Source: Patescibacteria group bacterium
GTDB lineage: Bacteria > Patescibacteriota > Minisyncoccia > Phycocordibacterales > UBA9973
Length of the DNA: 64,000 nt
Reading direction: 5' to 3'
Assembly (NCBI GenBank): GCA_038063515.1
Contig: JBBTUY010000006.1
Span: 26,505 to 90,504 of the forward strand
The translations under genes and the position numbers were made by a program. Below are positions 55,550-63,248 of the stretch, one piece after another (the first letter of the stretch is position 1; every line of letters starts with the position of its first letter). The notes below the pieces were generated by a model. That model was given only the letters and a program-made list of their open reading frames with translations, was not told where the DNA came from and did no database searches.

Positions 55550-55948
55550 ATGCCAAAGGTATTTACCTCCGAAAAACAAAAAATAGGGGAATTAGGTGAG
55601 AATATGGCTGTAAAGTTCCTTGTGAAACAAGGATTTAAGGTTCTTGATAGAAATTATACTAAGAAATGGGGTGAAATAGACATAATAGCTAAAAAGGACT
55701 CCAAACTATACTTTATAGAGGTAAAAAGTGTTTCGTCTATTGTGAATCCTAATTCATCGTCAGATTATAGGGCAGAGGATAATATGCATCCGTGGAAAAT
55801 GCAGCGTTTATCAAGGACAATACAGACATATCTTTTAGAGAAAGATGTCGATGAAGACATAGAATGGCAGGTTGATCTTCTTGTGGTTTATTTAGATTTA
55901 AAAACCAATAAAGCAAAGGTGAAAGTGGTCAACGACATTATTTTATGA
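55550..55948 (+). CDS. YraN/UPF0102 family endonuclease-like protein
   Basis: 132 aa. GELGENMAVKFLVKQGFKVLDRNYTKKWGEIDIIAKKDSKLYFIEVKSVS is the PD-(D/E)xK-like YraN signature (E..A...L...G...L.RN.R...GEIDII..D....V.VEVK). Confidence 0.7.
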   Translation: MPKVFTSEKQKIGELGENMAVKFLVKQGFKVLDRNYTKKWGEIDIIAKKDSKLYFIEVKSVSSIVNPNSSSDYRAEDNMHPWKMQRLSRTIQTYLLEKDVDEDIEWQVDLLVVYLDLKTNKAKVKVVNDIIL

Positions 55949-56051
55949 CCCATTCGACAGGCTCAGGGTCATGGTCAAAAAAACAGAACCATGATATAGT
56001 AAATTATCTTCAAAGTTTAAGCGGGCTTGCCTGCCATAGCTTTAGCGAAGA

Positions 56052-56122
56052 CGGGCTGTAGTATACCGGTAGTACAAGCGCTTTGGGAGCGTTTAGACTG
56101 GGTTCGATTCCCAGCAGCCCGA
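56052..56122 (+). tRNA. tRNA-Pro (anticodon TGG)
   Basis: cgggctgtagtataccggtagtacaagcgctttgggagcgtttagactgggttcgattcccagcagcccga has anticodon loop TTTGGGA and T-arm CTGGG-TTCGATT-CCCAG. Its 3' terminal 15 nt are repeated at 56237-56251. Confidence 0.8.
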
Positions 56123-56124
56123 CA

Positions 56125-56236
56125 AGTCGGAATTGAACCGAGGTTCGAGTCACAATTTTTCTGCTGAAAAATCTCGCGACCCCGCCTCGCGTCGTCACGC
56201 TCCGGCTCTTTGATCAGGTCCCTGTCCCAATCAAAG
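56125..56236. other. 112-bp GC-rich segment bounded by 15-bp direct repeats of the tRNA-Pro 3' end
   Basis: cccagcagcccgaca (56110-56124) and cccagtagcccgaca (56237-56251) flank agtcggaattgaaccgaggttcgagtcacaattttt...gatcaggtccctgtcccaatcaaagc. The interior contains the T-arm-like ccgaggttcgagtc and a caggtccct stretch reminiscent of the family K core. Confidence 0.5.
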
Positions 56237-56266
56237 CCCAGTAGCCCGACAGTTGGATGTTTTCAT

Positions 56267-56337
56267 GCGGGATTAGTTTAGTGGTAAAACGACAGTTTTC
56301 CAAACTGTAGTCAAGGGTTCGATTCCCTTATCCCGCA
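56267..56337 (+). tRNA. tRNA-Gly (anticodon TCC)
   Basis: gcgggattagtttagtggtaaaacgacagttttccaaactgtagtcaagggttcgattcccttatcccgca has anticodon loop TTTCCAA and T-arm AGGGTTCGATTCCCT. Confidence 0.85.
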
Positions 56338-56375
56338 CAATTAAGTACTATTTATTATTAAGTAACTTATCTATT

Positions 56376-57125
56376 ATGACAACAATATATTTATATAGCT
56401 TTGCAAGCGTTATTGTGGTGAGCCTGATTTCTCTTGTTGGGGTTTTTACACTCTCATTAAAAGAGAAATTTATGCGTAAATACATCTTTGTATTTATTAG
56501 TGTTGCTGTGGGGGCATTATTAGGAGATGCATTTATACATCTTATTCCTGAAGCTTTTGAGATTTCAAATAATCAAATCCTAACAAGTATTTTTATTATT
56601 GCAGGAATATTTTTCTTTTTTAGCTTGGAGAAATTTCTGCACTGGCATCACCATGGTGAAGATGAAGGTGAGACAAGTGTGCATCCTATGGGAAAGCTAT
56701 TACTTGTGTCTGATGGTGTGCATAATTTTATTGATGGTGTAGTTATCGGGGCGAGTTTTCTTGTGAGTGTGCCTGTCGGTATAGCTACTTCTATAGCTGT
56801 TATTCTACATGAAATTCCTCAAGAGATAGGGGATTTTGCTGTACTTATGCATTCAGGATATTCTAAAGGTAGGGCACTTTTCTTGAATTTTCTTTCAGGC
56901 ATCTTTTCAGTATTTGGTCTTGTGTTTTTGTTTACGATACAAAATGTATCAGAGATTGCTGAGTTTGTTTTCCTGCCACTTGCTGCAGGGGGATTTATTT
57001 ACATAGCTCTCGCTGACCTCATACCTGAGCTTCATAAAACAAAAGAGGTGAGGCATTCTTTACTCCAACTATTTTCTGTTATTGTCGGAGTTTTGTTTAT
57101 GGTTGGTTTGCTTTGGTTGGAATAA
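56376..57125 (+). CDS. ZIP family metal cation transporter (ZupT-like)
   Basis: 249 aa with 8 TM helices and the conserved HNFIDGVVIGASF and HEIPQEIGDFAVL motifs. Confidence 0.8.
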   Translation: MTTIYLYSFASVIVVSLISLVGVFTLSLKEKFMRKYIFVFISVAVGALLGDAFIHLIPEAFEISNNQILTSIFIIAGIFFFFSLEKFLHWHHHGEDEGETSVHPMGKLLLVSDGVHNFIDGVVIGASFLVSVPVGIATSIAVILHEIPQEIGDFAVLMHSGYSKGRALFLNFLSGIFSVFGLVFLFTIQNVSEIAEFVFLPLAAGGFIYIALADLIPELHKTKEVRHSLLQLFSVIVGVLFMVGLLWLE

Positions 57126-57238
57126 AATAACAAAGACACTTTTTGGAGGGGTCTCTCATCTGGCGAGATGAGAGTTTCAGGATTTTCCAAGCTTCGGAAA
57201 ATCCGTACCGAAAAAAAGTCGGTCTTTGTTATTTTATT
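57121..57238 (+). repeat. Intergenic structured repeat (family S, copy 5) between convergent ZIP and M23 peptidase genes
   Basis: The core has hairpin 1 tctcatct-ggcg-agatgaga and hairpin 2 gattttCC-aagcttc-GGaaaatc (a double compensatory change relative to copies 1-4). A 24-bp site-specific closing inverted repeat is aataaaataacaaagacac / gtcggtctttgttattttatt. Confidence 0.8.
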
Positions 57239-57245
57239 TCATGTA

Positions 57246-58337
57246 TTAGAAAGGATTTTTACCACCGAGGACTTCGATGTGTAGATGGTTACCTCTGGAG
57301 CTACCTGTGTTTCCTACGTAGCCAATAGTTTCTCCTTGGGCAACTGTATCGCCTGCACCGGTGCCGAGCTTGGACATATGAGCATAGAGAGTTTTAACAC
57401 CATTAGCGTGTTGAATGATGACCATGTTACCAAAACCTCCATTGAAACCCATTCTCGCTACAAGCACCTTGCCTGCTGCTGGGGCATAAATAGGGGTACC
57501 TTCAGGCGCTGCTAAGTCTACGCCTTTGTGTGTTACAGTTATTCCTCGTGTTCTTCTTGCACCTGGGACTGGATTTTTAAACAAGCCAGATAGACTTACA
57601 GTAGAAGATGATTGTGTACTTTTAGGTTTTGTTGTTGCTACCTTTTTAGGTGCGGTCGGTTTTTCATTTTCTGTTTCAGCACCTGGTATTATGAGCTTTT
57701 CACCTACAGGGAGATTTGTACCTATTTCTATGTTGTTGGCAGAAAGTATGTCTCCAAGCTCAACTTTGTATGTGGTAGCTATTGTTTTTAGTGTTTGGCC
57801 TTTTGTTATGGTGTGTTCTATTCCAGAAAAGGGAAGTATGAGCAAAACATCGCCCTCTTTTACTGATTCACCCTTCTTTATATCATTTGCGCTCATTATC
57901 GTACTTACAGAGACATCAAACATCTCTGCTATTTGTGAAATACTGTCTCCTTTTCTGACTATGTATACGCTTACTTGCTCAAAAGTGAACTCTTCAACTT
58001 CTTTGCCATCTGAAACACCGAGTGGGCTTGTGGCTGGAACTAAAGCATTGTTTGAGATAGCAGTTGCATTATTTTGATCATCGGATACCTCATTTTTCTT
58101 GTCTCCGGTTACTGGGGGGAGTTTACTTGCTTGCAGGAGAGTCATTGTCTGGGAATTGTTGCTAGGTTTTGTTTCAGGAAGGTTTAAAGGCTGGGCATTC
58201 GCCTCATTTCCTAAGAGGGATGAGATTATGCCTGCTTCAGCATCTGCTGGGACGCCTAGAAGCAAAAAAAGCATCCCTATGGATAGGAAAGGCGAGAGAA
58301 TATGACCAAATATGTTAGATTTATGTTTTATAAACAA
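57246..58337 (-). CDS. M23 family metallopeptidase with two LysM domains
   Basis: 363 aa. The C-terminal HxxxD...HxH has HKGVDLAAPEGTPIYA ... GNHLHIEV. The LysM repeats are YIVRKGDSISQIAEMFDVSVSTIMSANDI and HTITKGQTLKTIATTYKVELGDILSANNI. Confidence 0.8.
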   Translation of the reverse strand: MFIKHKSNIFGHILSPFLSIGMLFLLLGVPADAEAGIISSLLGNEANAQPLNLPETKPSNNSQTMTLLQASKLPPVTGDKKNEVSDDQNNATAISNNALVPATSPLGVSDGKEVEEFTFEQVSVYIVRKGDSISQIAEMFDVSVSTIMSANDIKKGESVKEGDVLLILPFSGIEHTITKGQTLKTIATTYKVELGDILSANNIEIGTNLPVGEKLIIPGAETENEKPTAPKKVATTKPKSTQSSSTVSLSGLFKNPVPGARRTRGITVTHKGVDLAAPEGTPIYAPAAGKVLVARMGFNGGFGNMVIIQHANGVKTLYAHMSKLGTGAGDTVAQGETIGYVGNTGSSRGNHLHIEVLGGKNPF

Positions 58338-58748
58338 ATAAAATACCGCAAGATTTCCTTTCTAGCCCAAAATTTACATAAGAAAATAAGGGTAGAATTG
58401 CAGGACGACCATATTTATATAGTGCTGCACTCGCCAAAGGCGATAAGGTTCTTACGATGGTTACTATCTTTACAGGGTTTCGGTGGGGTCTGTCGGGCTC
58501 CTTTACGGGGGTATGTATTAAGGGTAGTTCAATTCACCTACCAAGTCAACCCAAATGTGGATAACTTTATTTTGACTGATTTTTGTTTTATTGTGTAATA
58601 AATAGGTTAAAAATTTGTATTTTTGAGTTAAAAGTGGTAATGTAAGGGTACTTATAAATTAATTTGTTCGTATTTAGACATATAGTAGTGTTCTTATTGA
58701 ACAATACTCCAGTCTGGATACGAGCTCTACCCATTTGGGTTTAAAAAC

Positions 58749-60866
58749 ATGCAAAAAAAGGAATATTCTGTTGAGGTAGGAGGCAAGACGCTTACAGCTA
58801 TCTTTACTGATCTCTCAGATCAGGCTCATGGGTCTGTAATGCTAAAATATGGCGATAGTGTGGTTATGGCTAATGTCTGTATGTCTAAGGACAGCCAGGC
58901 AGGGCTCGGGTATTTCAACCTTACAGTGGACTATGCAGAGAAGTTTTATGCCGCAGGGAAAATCCTCGGCTCACGTTTTGTACGAAGAGAAGGGAAGCCT
59001 TCTGAAGATGCAATTCTTGCAAGTCGTGTCATAGATCGTACTCTTCGTCCGCTCTTTGACCAGTCTATACGTCATGCAGTGCAGGTGATTGTGACTGTGA
59101 TCGCAGTTGATGACAATGATCCTACTATCCTTGCTGTAAATGCGGCATCTCTCGCACTTGCAGTATCAAACATCCCTTGGGCAGGGCCTATTGGATGTGT
59201 ACGTATTGGAAAGTATGACAGTGACGAGCTTGTTATAAATCCTTCACAGAAACTACGCCAAGATGATTCTACATATAAATACGACCTCACTATCTGTGGT
59301 AAAGACGGAAATATAAATATGATCGAGGCTGCAGCTCACGAAACTACAGAGGAAGAGCTTGCTGAAGCATTTAAAAGAGCAAGTATTGAGATAACAAAAT
59401 TAGAAAATTTCCAGAAAAGTATTGTCAAAGAAATAGGTAAAGAAAAAAGAGTGATAGAAAAAGGCACGATCAGTGCTGAGTCTGTAAAGCTTTTTAATGA
59501 AAATATAAGACCTAAGATGGAGAAAGCTATTTTCTCTGGTCCAGGTAAAAAGGAAATAGATGAGTTACACACTATATGGAACAATTTAGTGCGTGAAACA
59601 TTTACAGAGCAAAAAGATTTCTCCCATGAAGACAATTTATTTGATGATACAGAAAATGAAATCCTGCATAAGAAAGCAATAGAGGACAACAAAAGAGCAG
59701 ACGGAAGGGATATGGATGGACTTCGTGATTTGTATGCACAGGCAGGAGGAGTGTCTTCAGTGTTACACGGTTCCGGTATTTTTTACAGAGGGGGGACACA
59801 TGTACTTTCTGTGCTTACTCTCGGTGGACCAGAAGATAGAAACCTCGTAGACGGTCTACAGCTCAAAGTAGAAAAAAGATTTATGCATCACTACAACTTT
59901 CCTCCGTATTCTGCGGGAGAAGTCGGACGATCTGGTTTTACTAATAGACGAGAAGTAGGCCACGGTGCACTTGCAGAAAAGGCTCTCGCTATGGTGCTTC
60001 CCCCCGTTTCTGAATTTCCATATACTATAAGACTCGTATCTGAATCTATGGCATCAAATGGCTCTACTTCACAGGCTTCTATCTGTGCATCAATACTCGC
60101 ACTCATGGATGGAGGTGTACCTATAAAGGCACCAGTCGCTGGTATTGCTATGGGACTCATGTATGAGAGCGATGATAAATACAAAGTGCTCACTGACATT
60201 CAAGGTCCCGAAGATCACCATGGTGATATGGATTTTAAAATTGCTGGTACACGTGCGGGCGTCACAGCTATACAGCTCGATGTAAAAGTAGAGGGCGTGC
60301 CTATAAAGATTCTTTACGAAGCAATGGTGCAGTCTAAAAAAGCTAGATTTAGTATCATTGATGCAATAGAAAAAGAAATTCCTAGTCCACGTACTGAGAT
60401 ATCTTCTAATGCTCCTAAAATTTTAATAATAAAAATATTCCCAGATCAGATCGGAATGGTGATAGGTGGCGGAGGTAAAAATATAAAAGAATTAAAAGAA
60501 AAGACAGGAGCCGAGATAACAATTGAGGATGATGGAACTGTGTACTTTACTGGTAAAGACGGCTCTGCCGAAAAAGCACGAGACATGGTACTCGAGATGA
60601 CGCATGAGTTTAAAGTAGGGGAAATGCTCTCAGGTGAAGTTGTGAAAGTTGCGGACTTTGGTGCGTTTGTGAGACTCAATGCTTTTTCTGATGGACTTGT
60701 GCACATTTCTGAGATGGCACCATTTCGTGTTGAGAGAGTTTCAGATATAATAAAAGAAGGAACAATCGTGCCCGTGAAAGTTATCAAAGTTGATAGAGAA
60801 AACGGAAAGATAAGTCTATCTATCAAAGAGGCAAATATTGATTTCTTTAAAAATATTAAAATATAA
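58749..60866 (+). CDS. pnp: Polyribonucleotide nucleotidyltransferase (PNPase)
   Basis: 705 aa with two RNase PH domains, a KH domain (IPDQIGMVIGGGGKNIKELKEKTGA) and a C-terminal S1 domain (GEVVKVADFGAFVRL). Confidence 0.95.
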   Translation: MQKKEYSVEVGGKTLTAIFTDLSDQAHGSVMLKYGDSVVMANVCMSKDSQAGLGYFNLTVDYAEKFYAAGKILGSRFVRREGKPSEDAILASRVIDRTLRPLFDQSIRHAVQVIVTVIAVDDNDPTILAVNAASLALAVSNIPWAGPIGCVRIGKYDSDELVINPSQKLRQDDSTYKYDLTICGKDGNINMIEAAAHETTEEELAEAFKRASIEITKLENFQKSIVKEIGKEKRVIEKGTISAESVKLFNENIRPKMEKAIFSGPGKKEIDELHTIWNNLVRETFTEQKDFSHEDNLFDDTENEILHKKAIEDNKRADGRDMDGLRDLYAQAGGVSSVLHGSGIFYRGGTHVLSVLTLGGPEDRNLVDGLQLKVEKRFMHHYNFPPYSAGEVGRSGFTNRREVGHGALAEKALAMVLPPVSEFPYTIRLVSESMASNGSTSQASICASILALMDGGVPIKAPVAGIAMGLMYESDDKYKVLTDIQGPEDHHGDMDFKIAGTRAGVTAIQLDVKVEGVPIKILYEAMVQSKKARFSIIDAIEKEIPSPRTEISSNAPKILIIKIFPDQIGMVIGGGGKNIKELKEKTGAEITIEDDGTVYFTGKDGSAEKARDMVLEMTHEFKVGEMLSGEVVKVADFGAFVRLNAFSDGLVHISEMAPFRVERVSDIIKEGTIVPVKVIKVDRENGKISLSIKEANIDFFKNIKI

Positions 60867-60954
60867 ATTTTGGAGGGGTCTCTCATCTGGCGAGATGAGA
60901 GTTTCAGGATTTTCCAAGCTTCGGAAAATCCGTACCGGAAAAATTTGATATTTT
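60858..60954 (+). repeat. Intergenic structured repeat (family S, copy 6), immediately after the pnp stop
   Basis: About 97% identical to copy 5 across the core. The closing inverted repeat is aaaatataaatttt / aaaatttgatatttt. Confidence 0.8.
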
Positions 60955-60971
60955 AATATTTTTTACTACAA

Positions 60972-61829
60972 ATGGACCAACAGCAAAATAATAAAAAAAA
61001 GGGTGATATTGTCCAAACTTATGCCGAAGACATAGTAAAGGTTTTTGAAACTGGGCAAGTGGGAGCTGGTATCAAGGAAATGCTTCACAGTGAAGAGGAG
61101 CAGGAGAAGGTAAGGAACAATTTGTCTCCTCAGTCTACAAAAAACAGAGCATTTATGTTTTTGGGTGTTTTTCTTTTAGCTATTTCCTTTGGGACTTTAA
61201 TTTTCTTTCTATCTAGAGATTACACTCCTTCTGTGGTAGCTACACAACAATTTACCCCTTTAATATTTAACGACAAAGTTGCTCTTGTAGACATAGCAGA
61301 CTTAAAAAAGGATTCTATTGCACCTAAGGTTTTAAAGGATGTGGACACGTCAAAACTAAAAGATGGAGGAGTGGTGGGTATATACCTCACGCTTAAAAAA
61401 TCTCCTGTTTACTTGCGTAATTTTATAGAAATAATAGAAGGTGATGTGGTTTTCCCTGACAAGACTTTTGTTGAGGAAAATTTCTTGCTCGGCATGGTGA
61501 AGAATACAGAGAATGATGTTTTTATGTTAATTAAAATGCGTTCTGTGGCTGATATATTTCCATCTATGCGTCTTTGGGAGAATAAAATGTTTGAGGATCT
61601 GCACTCATTCTTTGGCGTAGATCTTTCATCTGTTACAAAAGACCTCTTAACAAAGGATTTTGAAGACGGAATTATAGAAAATAAAAATGCACGAATGCTT
61701 TATGACGTTGAAGGCAAGATAGTCATGATGTATGTCTTTGCAGATAACAATTCTCTTATTATCACAAACACGCGTGAAGCTGCACGAGAAATAATACTAC
61801 GCTTGGCGACTAGTACTCTTAAGAAGTAG
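60972..61829 (+). CDS. Hypothetical single-pass membrane protein (285 aa)
   Basis: One TM helix (FMFLGVFLLAISFGTLIFFL). No recognised domain. Confidence 0.45.
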   Translation: MDQQQNNKKKGDIVQTYAEDIVKVFETGQVGAGIKEMLHSEEEQEKVRNNLSPQSTKNRAFMFLGVFLLAISFGTLIFFLSRDYTPSVVATQQFTPLIFNDKVALVDIADLKKDSIAPKVLKDVDTSKLKDGGVVGIYLTLKKSPVYLRNFIEIIEGDVVFPDKTFVEENFLLGMVKNTENDVFMLIKMRSVADIFPSMRLWENKMFEDLHSFFGVDLSSVTKDLLTKDFEDGIIENKNARMLYDVEGKIVMMYVFADNNSLIITNTREAAREIILRLATSTLKK

Positions 61830-62055
61830 TTTCTTCGCGTAAAAGTTCCAGTGCATCTTCACAAGCAAGTAAAGCATTTGCCCCTTTCCCAGCTATATCT
61901 ATATTATTTGGTTTAGTGAGGGTCACAGTAAAAGCATCTTGTTCATTTTTACCATACTTCATTTCATAACCCTTCTCTCTTGCAAGTGTTATCAATTCTG
62001 TTTCTGCGTTATTTTTTAACCACCCATGATTTGTTTCTATATTTTCTCCTGGCAT
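61819..62055 (-). CDS. Small hypothetical protein (78 aa), possibly HicB-like
   Basis: The pattern YEMKYGKNEQDAFTVTLTKPNNIDIAGKGANALLACEDALELL loosely resembles the HicB/UPF0150 fold signature. Weak. Confidence 0.25.
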   Translation of the reverse strand: MPGENIETNHGWLKNNAETELITLAREKGYEMKYGKNEQDAFTVTLTKPNNIDIAGKGANALLACEDALELLREETTS

Positions 62056-62190
62056 ATATTTAAATTTTATACTTATTTATAAAATAAACAAGTTTTTAGT
62101 TTTTTAACTTAAAACTCAAGCTATATTTCTTGAATGTAGTTCCTTAAATCGATTATAGACATATTAATTTATGTGTAGTATTATAATTAT

Positions 62191-62580
62191 ATGAGTGAAG
62201 GTAAAAATACATTAAAAAAACCTAATTTGATAGTAATATTTGGACCTCCTGGGTCCGGTAAATCTACACAATCAGTTCTACTTGAGGAGAAAATGGGCTA
62301 TAAATATATTTCCTGGGGTAGAATTACTAGGAATATTATGAACGGCAATTTTGGATCTGATGATGATAAAAGAATAGTTCTTAACGATCTGGAGCATAAT
62401 TTTTTTTATCCAGAAAAATACATTAAAAATAAAGTACTAGAAAATTTTAAAGAAGAATTACAATTAGGCAATACTAATTTTGTTATTGATGGATTTCCAA
62501 AAAGGCTTCAAGAAGCTAAAGAATGTATAGAAATTATTAAAGAATTAAAGTTGATCGAATGTTTCACAACCAAGATTTAA
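62191..62580 (+). CDS. Adenylate-kinase-like P-loop NMP kinase fragment (129 aa, shorter than a full Adk)
   Basis: LIVIFGPPGSGKSTQSVLLEEKMGYKYISWGRITRN is the Adk P-loop and NMP-binding start. DGFPKRLQEA is the DGFPRT motif. It lacks the LID/C-terminal part and is overlapped by the next ORF. Confidence 0.45.
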   Translation: MSEGKNTLKKPNLIVIFGPPGSGKSTQSVLLEEKMGYKYISWGRITRNIMNGNFGSDDDKRIVLNDLEHNFFYPEKYIKNKVLENFKEELQLGNTNFVIDGFPKRLQEAKECIEIIKELKLIECFTTKI

Positions 62581-63248
62581 TTACAAACAAGCATGAGCAT
62601 GTACAGAATGTATCTGGTAGTTTCATAGAAATAGAGAAAAAATATTTATTAAGTAAGAAGGAAGTTGAGCTTCTTGAACAAAAATGTATAGAAATATCTT
62701 TACAACAAACGTCACATGCATACGAAAAAAATCAAAACTTCGATAGAGAAAATATCTTTGAAAAAGATGATGCTAGATTACGACTACGTACTAAGATATT
62801 AGATTTAAATGGGCAAGAAAAGAATTTTGAATTTACGTATAAAAAAAGACTTTCTACGGAAGGTGGTATAAAAAAAGAAAGCGAACTTAATTTTAACTTC
62901 ACTTCCACTCAATCATCTGAAAACTTATTAAGTATTTTTAAGATTATGGGTTTTAATGAAAAGGATTCCTATGAAAGAATAAGAAAAACTTTCAAGAATA
63001 ATGAGATTCAGTTGACTATAGATGAATTTCCTTTTGGATATATTGCTGAAATTGAAGGTGAGGAGGAAATGGTACTAAAATACGATAATTTACTTAAAAT
63101 GAGTAATTTTTTATTATATTCATTAAGTTGTGATGATGTATATGCTGAGTTGTGTAGAAAAAAAAGGATTAAGCCAAAAAACAACATTCTCTTTGAAGAT
63201 AAAGATATGCCAAAACTTGAAGATTATTTGAAGACATGGAAGAGATAA
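62559..63248 (+). CDS. CYTH-like domain protein (229 aa)
   Basis: IEIEKKYLL resembles the CYTH (CyaB/thiamine triphosphatase) N-terminal EIERKFLV signature. It overlaps the preceding Adk-like ORF by 22 nt in another frame. Confidence 0.4.
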   Translation: MFHNQDLITNKHEHVQNVSGSFIEIEKKYLLSKKEVELLEQKCIEISLQQTSHAYEKNQNFDRENIFEKDDARLRLRTKILDLNGQEKNFEFTYKKRLSTEGGIKKESELNFNFTSTQSSENLLSIFKIMGFNEKDSYERIRKTFKNNEIQLTIDEFPFGYIAEIEGEEEMVLKYDNLLKMSNFLLYSLSCDDVYAELCRKKRIKPKNNILFEDKDMPKLEDYLKTWKR

